A stretch of DNA of 64,000 bases. Origin: an uncultured Candidatus Peribacteria bacterium. GTDB taxonomy: Bacteria; Patescibacteriota; Gracilibacteria; Absconditabacterales; Absconditicoccaceae. The DNA lies in the NCBI GenBank assembly GCA_964609035.1, contig CAZSQL010000003.1:4058-68057 (forward strand), written 5' to 3'. How positions within the stretch are numbered: position 1 is the first letter of the stretch; every line of letters starts with the position of its first letter. The position numbers and the translations under genes are program-made. Below, one piece after another: positions 11,348-24,356 of this stretch. The notes beneath the pieces are model-generated. The model saw nothing but the letters and a program-made list of their open reading frames with translations, searched no databases and was not told where the DNA came from.

Positions 11348-11968
11348 CTAAATAGTCCAAGACCCACGAATAACTCAAACTAAATAATAATATCATTGAT
11401 ATTCTTCAAAAACCAATGTAAGACTCATTCGATCCAATCATTCATATTGTGGATCAAATCAATCAAAATAATATTCTATCGATTCAGCACCAGGAAAAAC
11501 ATCATCAATATTATTTAAGTTATTTCATCTAGCAATTTTTTGATTTATCAAAATTTGGTCCGCATATAAGAATCCTGTAGAATAAACCCATTTTTTAAAA
11601 TAATTATATTTGGTCTCAATCAACTCAAAACCAGCTCCATCTGTATATCCCCACAAGAAAGTACCACTATTCAAATCACCTTGAAAATCATCTGGATACA
11701 AAACCATAGAATGATCTAGATCAACATAAGTATATGGAGAAAACCTAACTCATTTAACAGGATGTGCAAAATCAGACATTTCACTCCACTTGTCTCATTG
11801 CATCAAAGTCAATATATCTCTAGAATAATCAACAATATCAAAGTTTTTATTTATACTTTCTCAACTACCTAAAGATTGATTCTCTCAATCAAAAATATCT
11901 GTTTTTAAAGAACATCAAAACAAAAATAATGATATAATAACAAACAACATTAAAAGAACTTTTTTCAT
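11348..11968 (-). CDS. Hypothetical lipoprotein
   Basis: MKKVLLMLFVIISLFLFGCS: signal peptide plus lipobox whose Gly is TGA. 206 aa, ATG to TAG. Confidence 0.6.
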
Positions 11969-12023
11969 TTTAAATTTTAAAAAATAAAATCTATCTAAAA
12001 AGTCTTAAACCAAAATTACATAA

Positions 12024-12125
12024 AAGGTTTCAAAGGGCGCAACAGGTTTCAATAGGCTGAAAAGAGCATGACTTTTGTAACCCTTGCAACTTTGTAACCT
12101 TTGTAACTTTGTGGCCATTGAAACT
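12024..12125. repeat. Dyad array of GGTTTCAAT / TTGTAAC words (family 1)
   Basis: Left arm GGTTTCAAAGGGCGCAACAGGTTTCAATAGG, centre AAAGAGCATGAC, right arm CCTTGCAACTTTGTAACCTTTGTAAC. Same layout at 30944, 38755 and 43925. Confidence 0.7.
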
Positions 12126-12133
12126 TGATAACC

Positions 12134-12598
12134 TTATACTTTTAACTTGATAACTGTCTTTATATCTTCCAACCTATAACCTTTTCTCATAAGTTTTTGA
12201 ATAATATCAAATCAATCAACTCATCTTTTTTTGTAAGAATCTATTTCTTTTCTAATTTTCTGAAAAACACCAACAGATATATCTTCTTGATAGTCTTTTA
12301 TCACTTCATTTATCAATTTTTTGTCTACTCATTTTTGATATAATTTGTTAGTCACGGCAATTACTGGCTTTCATTTATTTACCAATTCGCTCCTAATATA
12401 ACTTTCTGCAAAAACTCTATCATCAGCAAATTTTTTTGATTTGAGATAATCCATCGTATATCTTATTTCATCACTATTATATCATTTTTGTTGCAATTTA
12501 ATTCTCAATTCTTTTTCAGTTTTTGGATAAACAGAAATGTATTTTAAAGCATACTGACAACAATCAGAATATAATGTTTTCTCTTCTTGTGTTGCCAT
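12134..12598 (-). CDS. recX: RecX family regulatory protein
   Basis: 154 aa. ...CCQYALKYISVYPKTEKELRIKLQQKGYNSDEIRYTMDYLKSKKFADDRVFAESYIRS... three-repeat helical RecX pattern. Confidence 0.7.
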
Positions 12599-12600
12599 AA

Positions 12601-13227
12601 TTATTTTTTTAAACTAAAAGTAACAGTTTTTTCATCAATATTGAATATAGAAATAATATCTCATTCTTGTTTTGAGCTTTCAATAGACTCCAAAAGCGCT
12701 TCTGTAGACAAAAATTCTGAAAACTTTGTGATAACAGAAACCATGTATTCATCATTTGTATGGTAAAACATCTTTACTTTGTCATCTACATTGTAATCCA
12801 CATCTTTTCTCATTTGATTTAAAAATCTAGAAACTTCTCTAGCCATTCATTCCATTTCAAGCTCTGGAGTGAGCTGTAAATCTAATTTTGCTATAACTCC
12901 ACCATCGATAGCCACATCATCTCCATCCAAACCTTGATAAGCTATTTCATAATCTTCTTTTTCCAAAATCCATTCATTTCCATTTTCATCAAAAACTTTT
13001 ACTTTTCATTCTCAAAGTTCTGTGATATTTCACATTTTTCCATATTTAATAATATTACCAGTATCTTTTGCAAATTTAGCAGACAATGCAGATCATAAAG
13101 GTTTAAATACTTTTGTAATTTTTATATCATCACCAAAAGATTGAATATCTTTTACATTAATTTCTTCCTTAATAATATTTCAATACTTGTCCAAAACATA
13201 ATCTACAGAAAAATCTCACATAATCAT
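12601..13227 (-). CDS. Stand-alone ORF equal to the C-terminal region of type-2 isoleucyl-tRNA synthetase
   Basis: 208 aa. FKPLGSALSAKFAKDTGNIIKY...AKLDLQLTPELEMEGMAREVSRFLNQMRKDVDYNVDDKV matches the IleRS C-terminal pattern (LD..IT.EL..EG.ARE..R.IQ..RK). No catalytic domain lies upstream. Confidence 0.5.
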
Positions 13228-13484
13228 AATTTTAAATTATAAAAATAATAATACTCTATATCATCAAACATCTTTTATTTATTTAAGTTTGATTTTCAAT
13301 TCAATAATTTAAGAAAAGTTTATTAAAGTACTTTTTACTAAAACAAAGTTAAATACTAAGAAACAGAATCAATTCTTGCATTTGAGGAAGAAATATTTAA
13401 TAATCAAGTATACACTGAAAAACTTGTTTTTTATACAAATCATGTTCCTATTTGTTACATAAGTAAGTAGCAAATGAAACATTA

Positions 13485-13560
13485 GTACAACTACTAGTTG
13501 TCTGTCATATCCCTAGAAGTAAATAAGTCCTTTCTGAAAGAAATTTGGAGGAGATTTTTT
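13485..13560 (+). repeat. Structured element family, reduced member C
   Basis: GTACAAC-TACTA-GTTGTCTGTCATATCCCTAGAAGTAAATAAGTCCTTTCTGAAAGAAATTTGGAGGAGA plus T-run. The 3' module is near-identical to that of B. Confidence 0.35.
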
Positions 13561-13578
13561 ATTTTAATTTAGATTTTT

Positions 13579-14358
13579 TTATATTCTAACACGTGTGTTC
13601 ATATGCTTTTCAAAAACATCCTTTAATTTTGTAATATATGTACCTACTTCTTTTAGTTCTTCTTTAGTTTTTTTATCTTTAGTATTATTAAACAGATAAC
13701 CATATAATTTTATCATATCATCAAGTATTTTTTTATTCATCATAAACCCATTCATTTTTTTATTGGTTTGTTGTATCTGATAAACACACTCATGTAAAAA
13801 CTTTTTTCCCAAAGGATAAAGTTCTTCTTCATTTTTTGCATCATTAAATTGATGTAAAATTTCATTAAATGTTCAATCAGGATCCCAATTATTGGTTTTT
13901 TTTATTCATGATAAATACAAATTTCAAATTTCATTTCTTAAACCATCAAACGAACCAATAAATCCTTTTTTTAATTTAATCAACTCCTCATTTTCACCAA
14001 CATTTTCTTTATTTTCTATTATTTCCTCTTTTTTTTCAGAATTTGTATTATCTTTTTCATCATTCAATTGTCACATCAAATCATCCATTTTACTATTTTT
14101 TTCTTCATCTGCTTTCATTTTCATATTATCCATCTCTTTTTTATGTTCTTCAGTATTGGCTTCTATTTGATCAACTTTTTCAGAAATGTCAGATTCTGAC
14201 GCTTCTGTTGTTTCTTTAGATTTAAGTTCTTTTATCTGATCTCTTATTTTTATAGCTTCCTCAAAATTATCTGATTCTACAGCTTCAGCTTTTTTTGCTT
14301 CAAGGTCTTTAATAAGCTCCTCATTAGTCTTTTCTGAAATATTAATTGAATTAATCAT
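13579..14358 (-). CDS. Hypothetical acidic protein with UVR-like motif
   Basis: 259 aa from two same-frame ORF-track pieces. ESDNFEEAIKIRDQIKELK resembles a UvrB/C (UVR) motif. Confidence 0.5.
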
Positions 14359-14465
14359 GATGACAATATTTTATGAAGTAAATTACACTTATAAAGTGTA
14401 ATCAGAATCAAAAAAAATGCAAATTTTACGCTTGATTTATCTTATTTTTATCTTAATTTAATTTA

Positions 14466-14563
14466 GAAAAAATCCCCTCCAAGTAACTAAGTAAGGGATA
14501 CGAACAGACAACAGCCGATACATGACATAACAAGTACGTCACAAAATCGGCAAACGTTGTCGG
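14466..14563 (+). ncRNA. Candidate structured RNA / repeat element, family member D
   Basis: GACAAC-A-GCCGAT...ATCGGC-AAAC-GTTGTC helix covaries with A and B. Preceded by TTAATTTAATTTAG. Confidence 0.35.
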
Positions 14564-14628
14564 AAAAGTTCAAAATAAACAAAAAAAGTGACATTACTGC
14601 TACTTAATATTTCTAAAACAAACAAAAA

Positions 14629-14844
14629 CTATTTTTTCATCAATTTCTGCAAGATAAACACATACGCTGCTACCCAAATAATAGCATAAATCCACCACTT
14701 AACAGTTACCAATGCTGGTATCAATACTGCCAACATCAGTGTAAATGCTACCAAACATAATTTAAAAACAGCAAATTCCCAGATAGACAATTTTGCTAAA
14801 TTTTTGATAGCTTTCTTTTTCATTCCCATAATTTTTTTAATCAT
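14629..14844 (-). CDS. Small membrane protein
   Basis: 71 aa intact ORF ending in TAG. Two hydrophobic helices (FKLCLVAFTLMLAVLIPALV, WIYAIIWVAAYVFIL). Confidence 0.5.
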   Translation of the reverse strand: MIKKIMGMKKKAIKNLAKLSIWEFAVFKLCLVAFTLMLAVLIPALVTVKWWIYAIIWVAAYVFILQKLMKK

Positions 14845-14874
14845 TTTGTTTTATTTAAATATGTAAATAATTAT

Positions 14875-14956
14875 TAAGTTATCAAGTTTTCAAGTTATCA
14901 GGTTTTCAAGTTTATAATTTTAACTTGATAACTTTTAACTTTATACTTTTTAACTT
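14875..14956. repeat. Dyad array of GTTATCAAGTT / AACTTGATAAC words (family 2)
   Basis: AAGTTATCAAGTTTTCAAGTTATCAGGTTTTCAAGTTTATAA faces TTTTAACTTGATAACTTTTAACTTTATAC. Related arrays at 25921, 31211, 38060 and 57845. Confidence 0.7.
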
Positions 14957-15962
14957 ATATGTATTTCTTGGACTCTGCAATAATTTTATTCATCACTTTT
15001 ACACAAGTAATAGGATATTTTCATATAGAAGTCTCACCAGACAACATCAAATAATCAGCTCACTGCAATCCAGCATAAAATACATCAGATATTTCAGCCC
15101 TTGTCGGTACACGACTAGTCATCATAGTCTCCAACATCTGTGTGGCTACAATCACCTTTTTAGATTTTCTTTTTGCTTTACCAATGATATTCATCTGATG
15201 TGATGGGATTGTCTCAATAGGAACTTCTGCACCAAGATCTCATCTAGCTATCATGATTGCATCAGAAACTCTGATTATATCAGATATATTGTCTATTCAT
15301 TCTTGATTTTCTATTTTAGCTATAATCTTTACATGAGCAGCATTGTTTTTGTACAAAAATTCTCTTAATTCTAGTATATCTTCAGCATTTCTCACAAAAC
15401 TCAAAGATACATAAGCAATATTTCTTTTTATTCAAAATAGAATATCTTCCTTATCTTTTTCTGTAAAGCCAGGTAATTTTATTTTCAATCAAGGTATATT
15501 TACATGCCTTGTAGAACCAATAGTAGCTTTATTTATTGCCTGTCAAACAACATAATCTTTGTATTTTTTTACAACTTTAATATCAAACAATCATGAATCA
15601 ATTTTAATGATAGATTTCATTTGAATATCTTTTACTAAAAATGGATAATCTACAAACATAGTTTTGGGATCATCTACTAAGTTTTGATCTACAACTATCT
15701 TAAATTTTTCATCCTTTTCATATGTTACTGGCTCCAACAATTCTCAAGTTCTAATACCAGGACCTTTAATATCCAAGAAAAATGCGAATGTATTACTAAT
15801 ATCTTTTTCCACTTTTCTTGCAGTAGTAAAAAGATTGTCCATCCATTCAGGAGTAGCATGAGAACAGTTTATTCTCAATATTCTAACTCAATTATCATAC
15901 AACGCTATAAGCTTTTCTCTTGTTTGTGTTGCAGGTCATATAGTAGCTATTATTCCAGCCAT
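14955..15962 (-). CDS. pyk: Pyruvate kinase (short form, no C-terminal regulatory domain)
   Basis: 335 aa. IIATIGPA, FLDIKGPGIRTG, IMIARGDLGAEV, VATQMLETMM. Confidence 0.85.
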
Positions 15963-15981
15963 TTTAATTTATTTTTAATAG

Positions 15982-17844
15982 TTAAATTTTATTACCATAT
16001 CAATCAATTTTGATTTTAGAAAACAATCAATTAGATAAATCATAACCACTTCACTTCCTATCCATTTTAGAATAAGTTTTATTAATCTTCAAATCACCAT
16101 TTTCATCTAAATCATTAACAATATTAACATAATAATATACAAGATCACCACTCTTATTCTTCAATTGTATTATTATATTGGATGAAATTTTATCAGAACG
16201 GAAAACATACACATCTTCTATATTGTAGTTTGCATTATCTTTCAAAGACAAAACATTACTTTTATCAACATTTACCAATCTTTGGAAATTATGTCATCAT
16301 TTATTAAATGAAACTAAAACAAAACTAGTACCTGGTATAATATCAGAAGAAACTTTTCACATACAATCTACTACTTTTTTTGTTTTTTTATTTAAAATAA
16401 GATTGTTTCAATCAACTTTTGTAACAACACAATAATTGTCATAATTTTTTATTGAGTATCTAGTATTACAAAAATCAGAAGATAAATCTTTTTGTTCTTT
16501 TAGGTCAAAAATAATTCAATCGTTTGAATTTTCCATATATTTTAAGGCAACCATAGAACCATCCTCCATCTGCACAGCATCACTTTTGGTAGCAAAGTCA
16601 CCAATTTTTTCTAAAGTATTAGAATCTAATACAGAAATAGAATCAACTCCATATCAATTATCTATAAAAAACACATTACCCACGCCAAAAACTTTTTTTA
16701 TAAAATCACGTTTATCGCCATCAGAAACTGGATTTTGTGAAAGTTCATCCAAATCAAACACAATTCTATCTCCTATATATCCAGTTTTAGATCAAATCTC
16801 ATCTCAATTTTCTTTAGCATAAAAATGTATTCTAGTTTTATTACCAAAATATGTACGAGTATATACTATCTCTTTATCTCATATTTTTTTTATTCACCAA
16901 GGATTACCTTTAATCTTTTTATCAAAGATTTTTTCTCATGTTTTTAAATCAAAAATACTATATTCATTATCAGCAGCAAAAGTATTAACATCTCTTAAAC
17001 CCACATATTTATTTCAGCCATTTTCAAAAACATTTACGTTATGATCTACTTGTCACAAAATTTTCATATTTTTTAAATCATATATATAATGAGAATCATT
17101 TGAGACAATATCAATAAATCTATCGTCCAATTTTCTAACAAAATAAGATCCATGCCTATTTATATCTAATCATAAATTTTCTATACGCTCAATATTATCT
17201 CATTTTTCATCTACAAAAACATTACGATATCCATCAATATTTTTTAATTCATATTTATGCAACGCAAAATCTTTTTCTAGAAGCTTCTTTCATCAGATAC
17301 TTTCAATTTTTGTTGACAATGTTTTTGAAAGTAATTCAGAAGTTTCCTTTTCTTTTAATTCTTTTTCTTTAACCGACATCTCATCAGAAAGTTTTTTCAT
17401 CTCAGTTTGAATATTTTCCTGTATTTTAGGAAAAGAAACCATCGCATCATAATTTTCTTTTAATCTTTTTGATTCTAATTTTAAAGTCTCAATATCTCAT
17501 TTTAGTTTTTCTATAGATTCATCTCTATTTTTTGTTTGTCCTTCTAATCTGATATCCAATTTTTTTATTTGTGATTTTTTAATATCCAAATAATCAATCA
17601 AATCTTTTTTACTAGATCTAATTTTTTTTATATTAGATTTTCTATCTTCAATTTCTTTTGATATTGAATCTGATATAGACTTATTATCTTTTAAGGAATC
17701 AAGAGTTTGTGATAATTTTTCAATTTCTTGCTGATTTTTAGAAATCTCCTCATCATATTTGAATAATAAATCATCCCAATTTCATCAAGATTCTGTGAGT
17801 TCATTTAATACTTGTAATTTTTTGTCTTTTGACAATGAATTCAT
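15982..17844 (-). CDS. Hypothetical coiled-coil protein with beta-rich C-terminal domain
   Basis: 620 aa. About 230 aa of N-terminal heptad-like K/E-rich sequence. Same frame as ORF-track 16051..16278. ATG to TAA. Confidence 0.55.
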
Positions 17845-17850
17845 TTTAAT

Positions 17851-19371
<1,521 letters not shown>

Positions 19372-19394
19372 GTTTTTTTATAATTTATTTAAAA

Positions 19395-19856
19395 CTACCA
19401 AGTAAGAACATCTTTAATCTCAGTATTAGTTTGATTTAACTTTCTTGCATCAACACTCTTATTTGTAAATCAATTTTGATTATTAAAGTTTCTTGCCAAA
19501 TCTTGACCAGTTTTTGTATTTTGTTTATAAAACTTCTCATTATTTGCTACTTTTACATCTTCAAAAAATTCTGGATGATTAAATTCCACATATTCCATCA
19601 CTTTATCAATCATATTTTGATTAATACTTCACAAATAATTATCAAATTCCATATAATCTTCATCCAAAACTATTTGGTCTATATATTCTGTAGGGATTTC
19701 AATAGATTCTGGATCTTTAGTTAAATTTTCAATCAAAGAATCGACATATTCTCAACCATCTCAAACATCTCATTTTGGCTCAATATTATAAACATCATCA
19801 TTTAAATAATCATCATAAGTAATTTCATCAAAATTAACTTTAATATTATTGTTCAT
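19395..19856 (-). CDS. Hypothetical acidic protein
   Basis: 153 aa, ATG to TAG, open only with TGA as sense. No family recognised. Confidence 0.45.
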
Positions 19857-19942
19857 TTTTTTATAGTAAATTATATTTTAAAAGAGTCCACTACCCGCGT
19901 TTATAAGCCCATCTCCTTTGATGAGATGGGTTGGGGGTGAGA

Positions 19943-21403
19943 TTAAATCATCTCACTTTCTTCTGCCGCTTCTACTTCTTTAGTTTTCTTTTTTTCAAAG
20001 AATTCTATAGCCTCAGCCAATTCTACATGATCTTTTGCATATTCGTGAATATCTATTCATTTTTTAAACGCCTCACATGCTTGTACCAATGCTGTTGCTC
20101 ACACTTTTGTTCATCTTGGATGAGCATGACAACCAGCTCCCATAGTGGTAATAAAATCCATATTTCACATAACATCAATAAATGGTTTTAAAAGTGTGGG
20201 ATTTAGACCACCAGAAATAATAGGACAACATTTTTTCATAGTTCTCCAACTGTCATCCTCTGTAGTCAGAGCATGTTGAGTATCCATTTGTATTTTATTT
20301 ATCAAATCTTCATCATTTTCTGGTATCAATCACCAGTTTTGATCAAATATATGTCCAGCACCATGATAAGAATAAATATTGTTTGCTGCTGTCACATCTT
20401 CTTGTGGAGTACCTGCCATTTTTCCTACTCATGCAGTACCAGTATGAATTCATGAAGTACCAGCCAATCTAGCAAATTTAGAAAGAACTAATACTGAATA
20501 TCCAATAGGATTTTCTGGTCTAGTGAATGCTCCATGTCCAGCTCTATGAAAATGAATAAATACATCAGGATATTTTCTTCTAAGAGTTTGTACAGCCATC
20601 CATCCAGCAGTAGTTCAGTCAATAAGGAAAGCATAAGATCATTTTTCCATACCAGAATTTATAATCATCTCACATCTTGATATCATAGTATCATAATCTG
20701 CAGCAGAAACATTAAAAGAATGAACTTTTTTTTGTCATGTTTCTTTTACAGCCTTATCCATAGCTTCTTTTACATGAGCAACCATTTTTTCAAATGGACA
20801 AAAATCTTGATCTGCTTGAGGTTCGTCATTCTTTACAAAATCTCATCCTCATCTCCAAAAATCATAAGCCACTTCAGCATATTCAGCAGAAGTAAGACCC
20901 ATTTTTGGTTTCACAATAGTACCAAGAATTGGTCTATCATATACATTTAAGTATTTTCTCATATCATCCAAAGTATAACTAGGACCATCATATTGTTCCA
21001 ACATAGATGGTGGAAACCAAACATCAAGTAATTTTAATGCTTGAACTTCTTTCATTCCAAATATATTTCATGCAATATAAGTCAAAATGTTTTGCACATT
21101 TCCTCCTCTATCCCAAAGTCTCCATGGATAAGCAATCCACAATAAATTTTTCTCCAAATCAACCTTATAAACCAATGCGTTCATTTGACGAGAAAAAGGT
21201 GTTTCTGTATTCACCAAAAAGTTTGTCCCTGTACTAGACTCTGCTGCCACCTCACATGCTGCTTGCAAAAAGTTTAAGTTTTTATCAGGTACCATATGAA
21301 AACATGTCAACATGTACTCCCCATTTTTTGGATTTGGCATATTCATATTGATATAAGCCTCTTGATGAGGATTTAAAGTTTGTACTAATTCATTAATTGT
21401 CAT
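19943..21403 (-). CDS. rbcL: RuBisCO large subunit, form II/III-like
   Basis: 486 aa. GTIVKPKMGL, FWRGGGDFVKNDEPQ, HFHRAGHGA. ORF-track pieces 21068..21403 and 20849..21055 are in the same frame. Confidence 0.9.
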
Positions 21404-21433
21404 TTTGTTTTTGTATAATAATTTAAAAGATTT

Positions 21434-21712
21434 TTATTTTGTTAATTCACTCAAATTCTTGTCATCTATCAAAAGAAAAAATAAACCAATCAAAATAGGT
21501 ATAAAAGCGCTTAGAAAAGGAAACTTAGGCATAAAGAAAACATCCAACAAATTCCACACACCTCTCCAAACCATTATTACAGCAATAGATGTAAATAAGA
21601 TTTTTAGATTACTTTTTCCACCCCTCCAATCTAAAAACAACCTTCTTGTTTTTTGAACCTTTTTCTTAATCTTCTTTCTCATAATAAATGTTTTAAATGA
21701 ATAAACATACAC
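21434..21712 (-). CDS. Small membrane protein
   Basis: 92 aa intact ORF (possibly starting at MRKKIKKK). Two predicted TM helices. Confidence 0.4.
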   Translation of the reverse strand: MYVYSFKTFIMRKKIKKKVQKTRRLFLDWRGGKSNLKILFTSIAVIMVWRGVWNLLDVFFMPKFPFLSAFIPILIGLFFLLIDDKNLSELTK

Positions 21713-21810
21713 TCATAATTATATCCAAAAATCAAAAATAAATCAAAAAAATCGTCTTTTGAAAACGATTTCAGTATACATTTTATCTTTTTTCTATGTA
21801 ATATTTGTTT

Positions 21811-21946
21811 GACAGTTTACAGTGTACAGTTTACGGTGTACAGTGCACAGTTTACAGTGTACAATTACCAATTACCAATTCCCAATAAACCACTTCCCAC
21901 TTCCTAATTCCCATTTCCCAATTAACCAATTACTAATAAACCAATT
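21811..21946 (-). repeat. Tripartite word-repeat element (copy 1)
   Basis: (CAGTTTACAGTGTA)n, then (AATTACCAATT)n, then AATAAACC and CTTCCCA/TTCCCAATT. Homologous copies at 49823 and 55372. Confidence 0.7.
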
Positions 21947-21989
21947 CTATTCAAAAAAAATTATTTTTACAATATTTTTGCAATTTTAT

Positions 21990-24260
21990 CTAATTTGTAA
22001 TTATGACAAAACTTCCAATAGGAATAGTTTCAGCCAAATGATTAATTAACTTTTGTTTAGATATGTCCGATTTTCAATTTAACTCATCTTCATCAAGAAC
22101 TCTTACACAAGCGCTTGAACTAGGTCATATTTTTTGTTCTATAGTTCAATGAATAGCAATATAAGGTGTTCGTGGTCATATAAGTGTCAACATTCATCAT
22201 TTTTCTCATCAATAATATCATTTTTCATCAATATCACTTTTATCAAAATGATCATACAACTGTTCTCACATAACCTTATTTATAACCATATAATATCAAA
22301 CTGGCGTTTTATTATCTCAAAAAACTTTTCTATCATTTTTATATTCCAAACTATCTGTTCATTTACCAACTCATACCTTATACTTCTCAAGTAAATCTTT
22401 TCAATCTATAGAATAAACAAACATAGTATATTCAGATTTATCAACAATTATTAGTTTCTTTCAACTTTTCAAAGCATTCTCATATGTTTCTTCAGATCTT
22501 ATGTATTTGTATATTGCATTAGGTAGATTATGAGCAACAGTAGACCACAAATTTTTTATTTTTTTTTCTATAATCATTTTTTTTCAATCTCATTCTTTTT
22601 TGTAATCTTCAACTCAGCTTCAAGAAATCAATCATTGGTTTGATAACCGACTATCCCTAAAGACTTTACTTAAATTTGGATCAAAATATGTAGCATCTTT
22701 TAATTGATATTTTCAATTTCATATATTGGTCAATTTTCAATTTTTTACCATCAAATCCATTTGTTTTTTAGCTTTTTCTTTAATATCCTTCTTTGTTACA
22801 TCTGGCCTTCAGTCTTTATCTAAATCTATTCATTCATCAATCATCTTTGCAACTTCATCCAGTATATCATCGATATCTTTACCAAACAATGATCATTCTA
22901 AAAATAAAACCACATCATGTCATGCTTTCAGTGCCATTATTATTCTATTTGCTTCACTATCTTCTATTCACAAAGTTTTTATTCATTCTATAGCTCATTT
23001 CATTCATAAATCGTCAGAAAAAATAATTCAATTTTTTAATGGATTTTTTTGACCAATTTTAGTTTTTAATATTTCTAATATTTTTTCATCATATGTAATA
23101 ACTCATCCGCTTCAAAGAACTCTTTTATTTCAAGATATATGGGTAGTCATAAGTCATCCAACCTTATCTCAACTTGAGAGTTTAATACCATTTTCATTTA
23201 GAAAATTAATAAATTCAATATTTTTTTGTAAAATATTTATATATTCTTCATTTCAAGTTGATTTCTTAGCTACTGTAATACAATGCTTTACATATTTTTC
23301 ATCTAAGAACGGATTCTCTCAGTTTATTATGTTTTTAAACACAGCAATAGATCAATCATCTTTATTCATATTTGATGAGTCTGTTTTTTCGTGTGGATTA
23401 CCTGTTTTACCTGTTCATACAAAATGTTTTGGCACCAAAAGTGTCTTGTTTTCATACGATTGGTATCAGTCAATAAATGCTGAAATTATATCTTGTCATA
23501 TAATAAAATTATCTCAAAAAGATCTATCATCTTTTGCCATATAGTCTTTATCTCACTTTCAATCAAAATCATCAACAATATCTACATTTGGTCAATATAC
23601 TACATCAACTCATATATATTCCATAATTTTTCTAATAGATTTTCAATACTGTTGCATCATTAAAATAAAATCTAATCTTTCTTGATTTGTTCAATTCCAA
23701 AATAAATACTTATATTTTTTGCCAAGAAATTCAGCAGATGGAAATGCAGATAGATTTCATCAACTTTGTTTTTTTTCTTCTTCTCTTAAATAAATTATTT
23801 CTTTAGGAACTCAAAAACGTAAGATTTCTTCTTCTGATATAGACATTATATTTTGTACATATCATCACTCAAAATCAGTATGAATAAGTGTTGGTCATGT
23901 GGCTTCTCATCTTATTCTTTCAACAGCTTGTTTTTTTTCTTCAATCGTTGGGTAATTTTTTGCCCATAAAAAAATATTTTTAGTATTAGGCAATCAATCT
24001 ATAATATCTGGATTTATTCCAAGATTTTCATGTGCCTTTCTATAATATTTATTATCAAATTCTCAAGCTACAACAATATAGTCTAAAAGTTGTCTTGTAT
24101 GTAAATCATCAATATTTCGAGCAAAATCCATACTCTGATGTTGTTGATTTACAAGTCTTTGCTTATAGTTTTTTAGTCAAACAACTATCGCTAAAATTAT
24201 AAGTGGTCTAGTCCACTTATTCCAAGTACATTTTCTTATCGTATTTAAAACGTTTTTCAT
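21990..24260 (-). CDS. Fusion protein: GH3 beta-N-acetylhexosaminidase-like domain plus L,D-transpeptidase (YkuD) domain
   Basis: 756 aa. N-terminal TM, IHTDFEGGYV, YGPNVDIV, KHFVGTGKTGNPHE. C-terminus ...YIAIHGT...SSACVRV. The end was fixed by a coordinate-based frame check. Confidence 0.65.
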
Positions 24261-24356
24261 CGTTTATATTTAATAGAATTAAAGTTTTTACTATTCAATT
24301 TTCACAGCGAAAAGAAATAAAAATTTTTTAATTAAATCTCACTTCTAATTTCTCAC

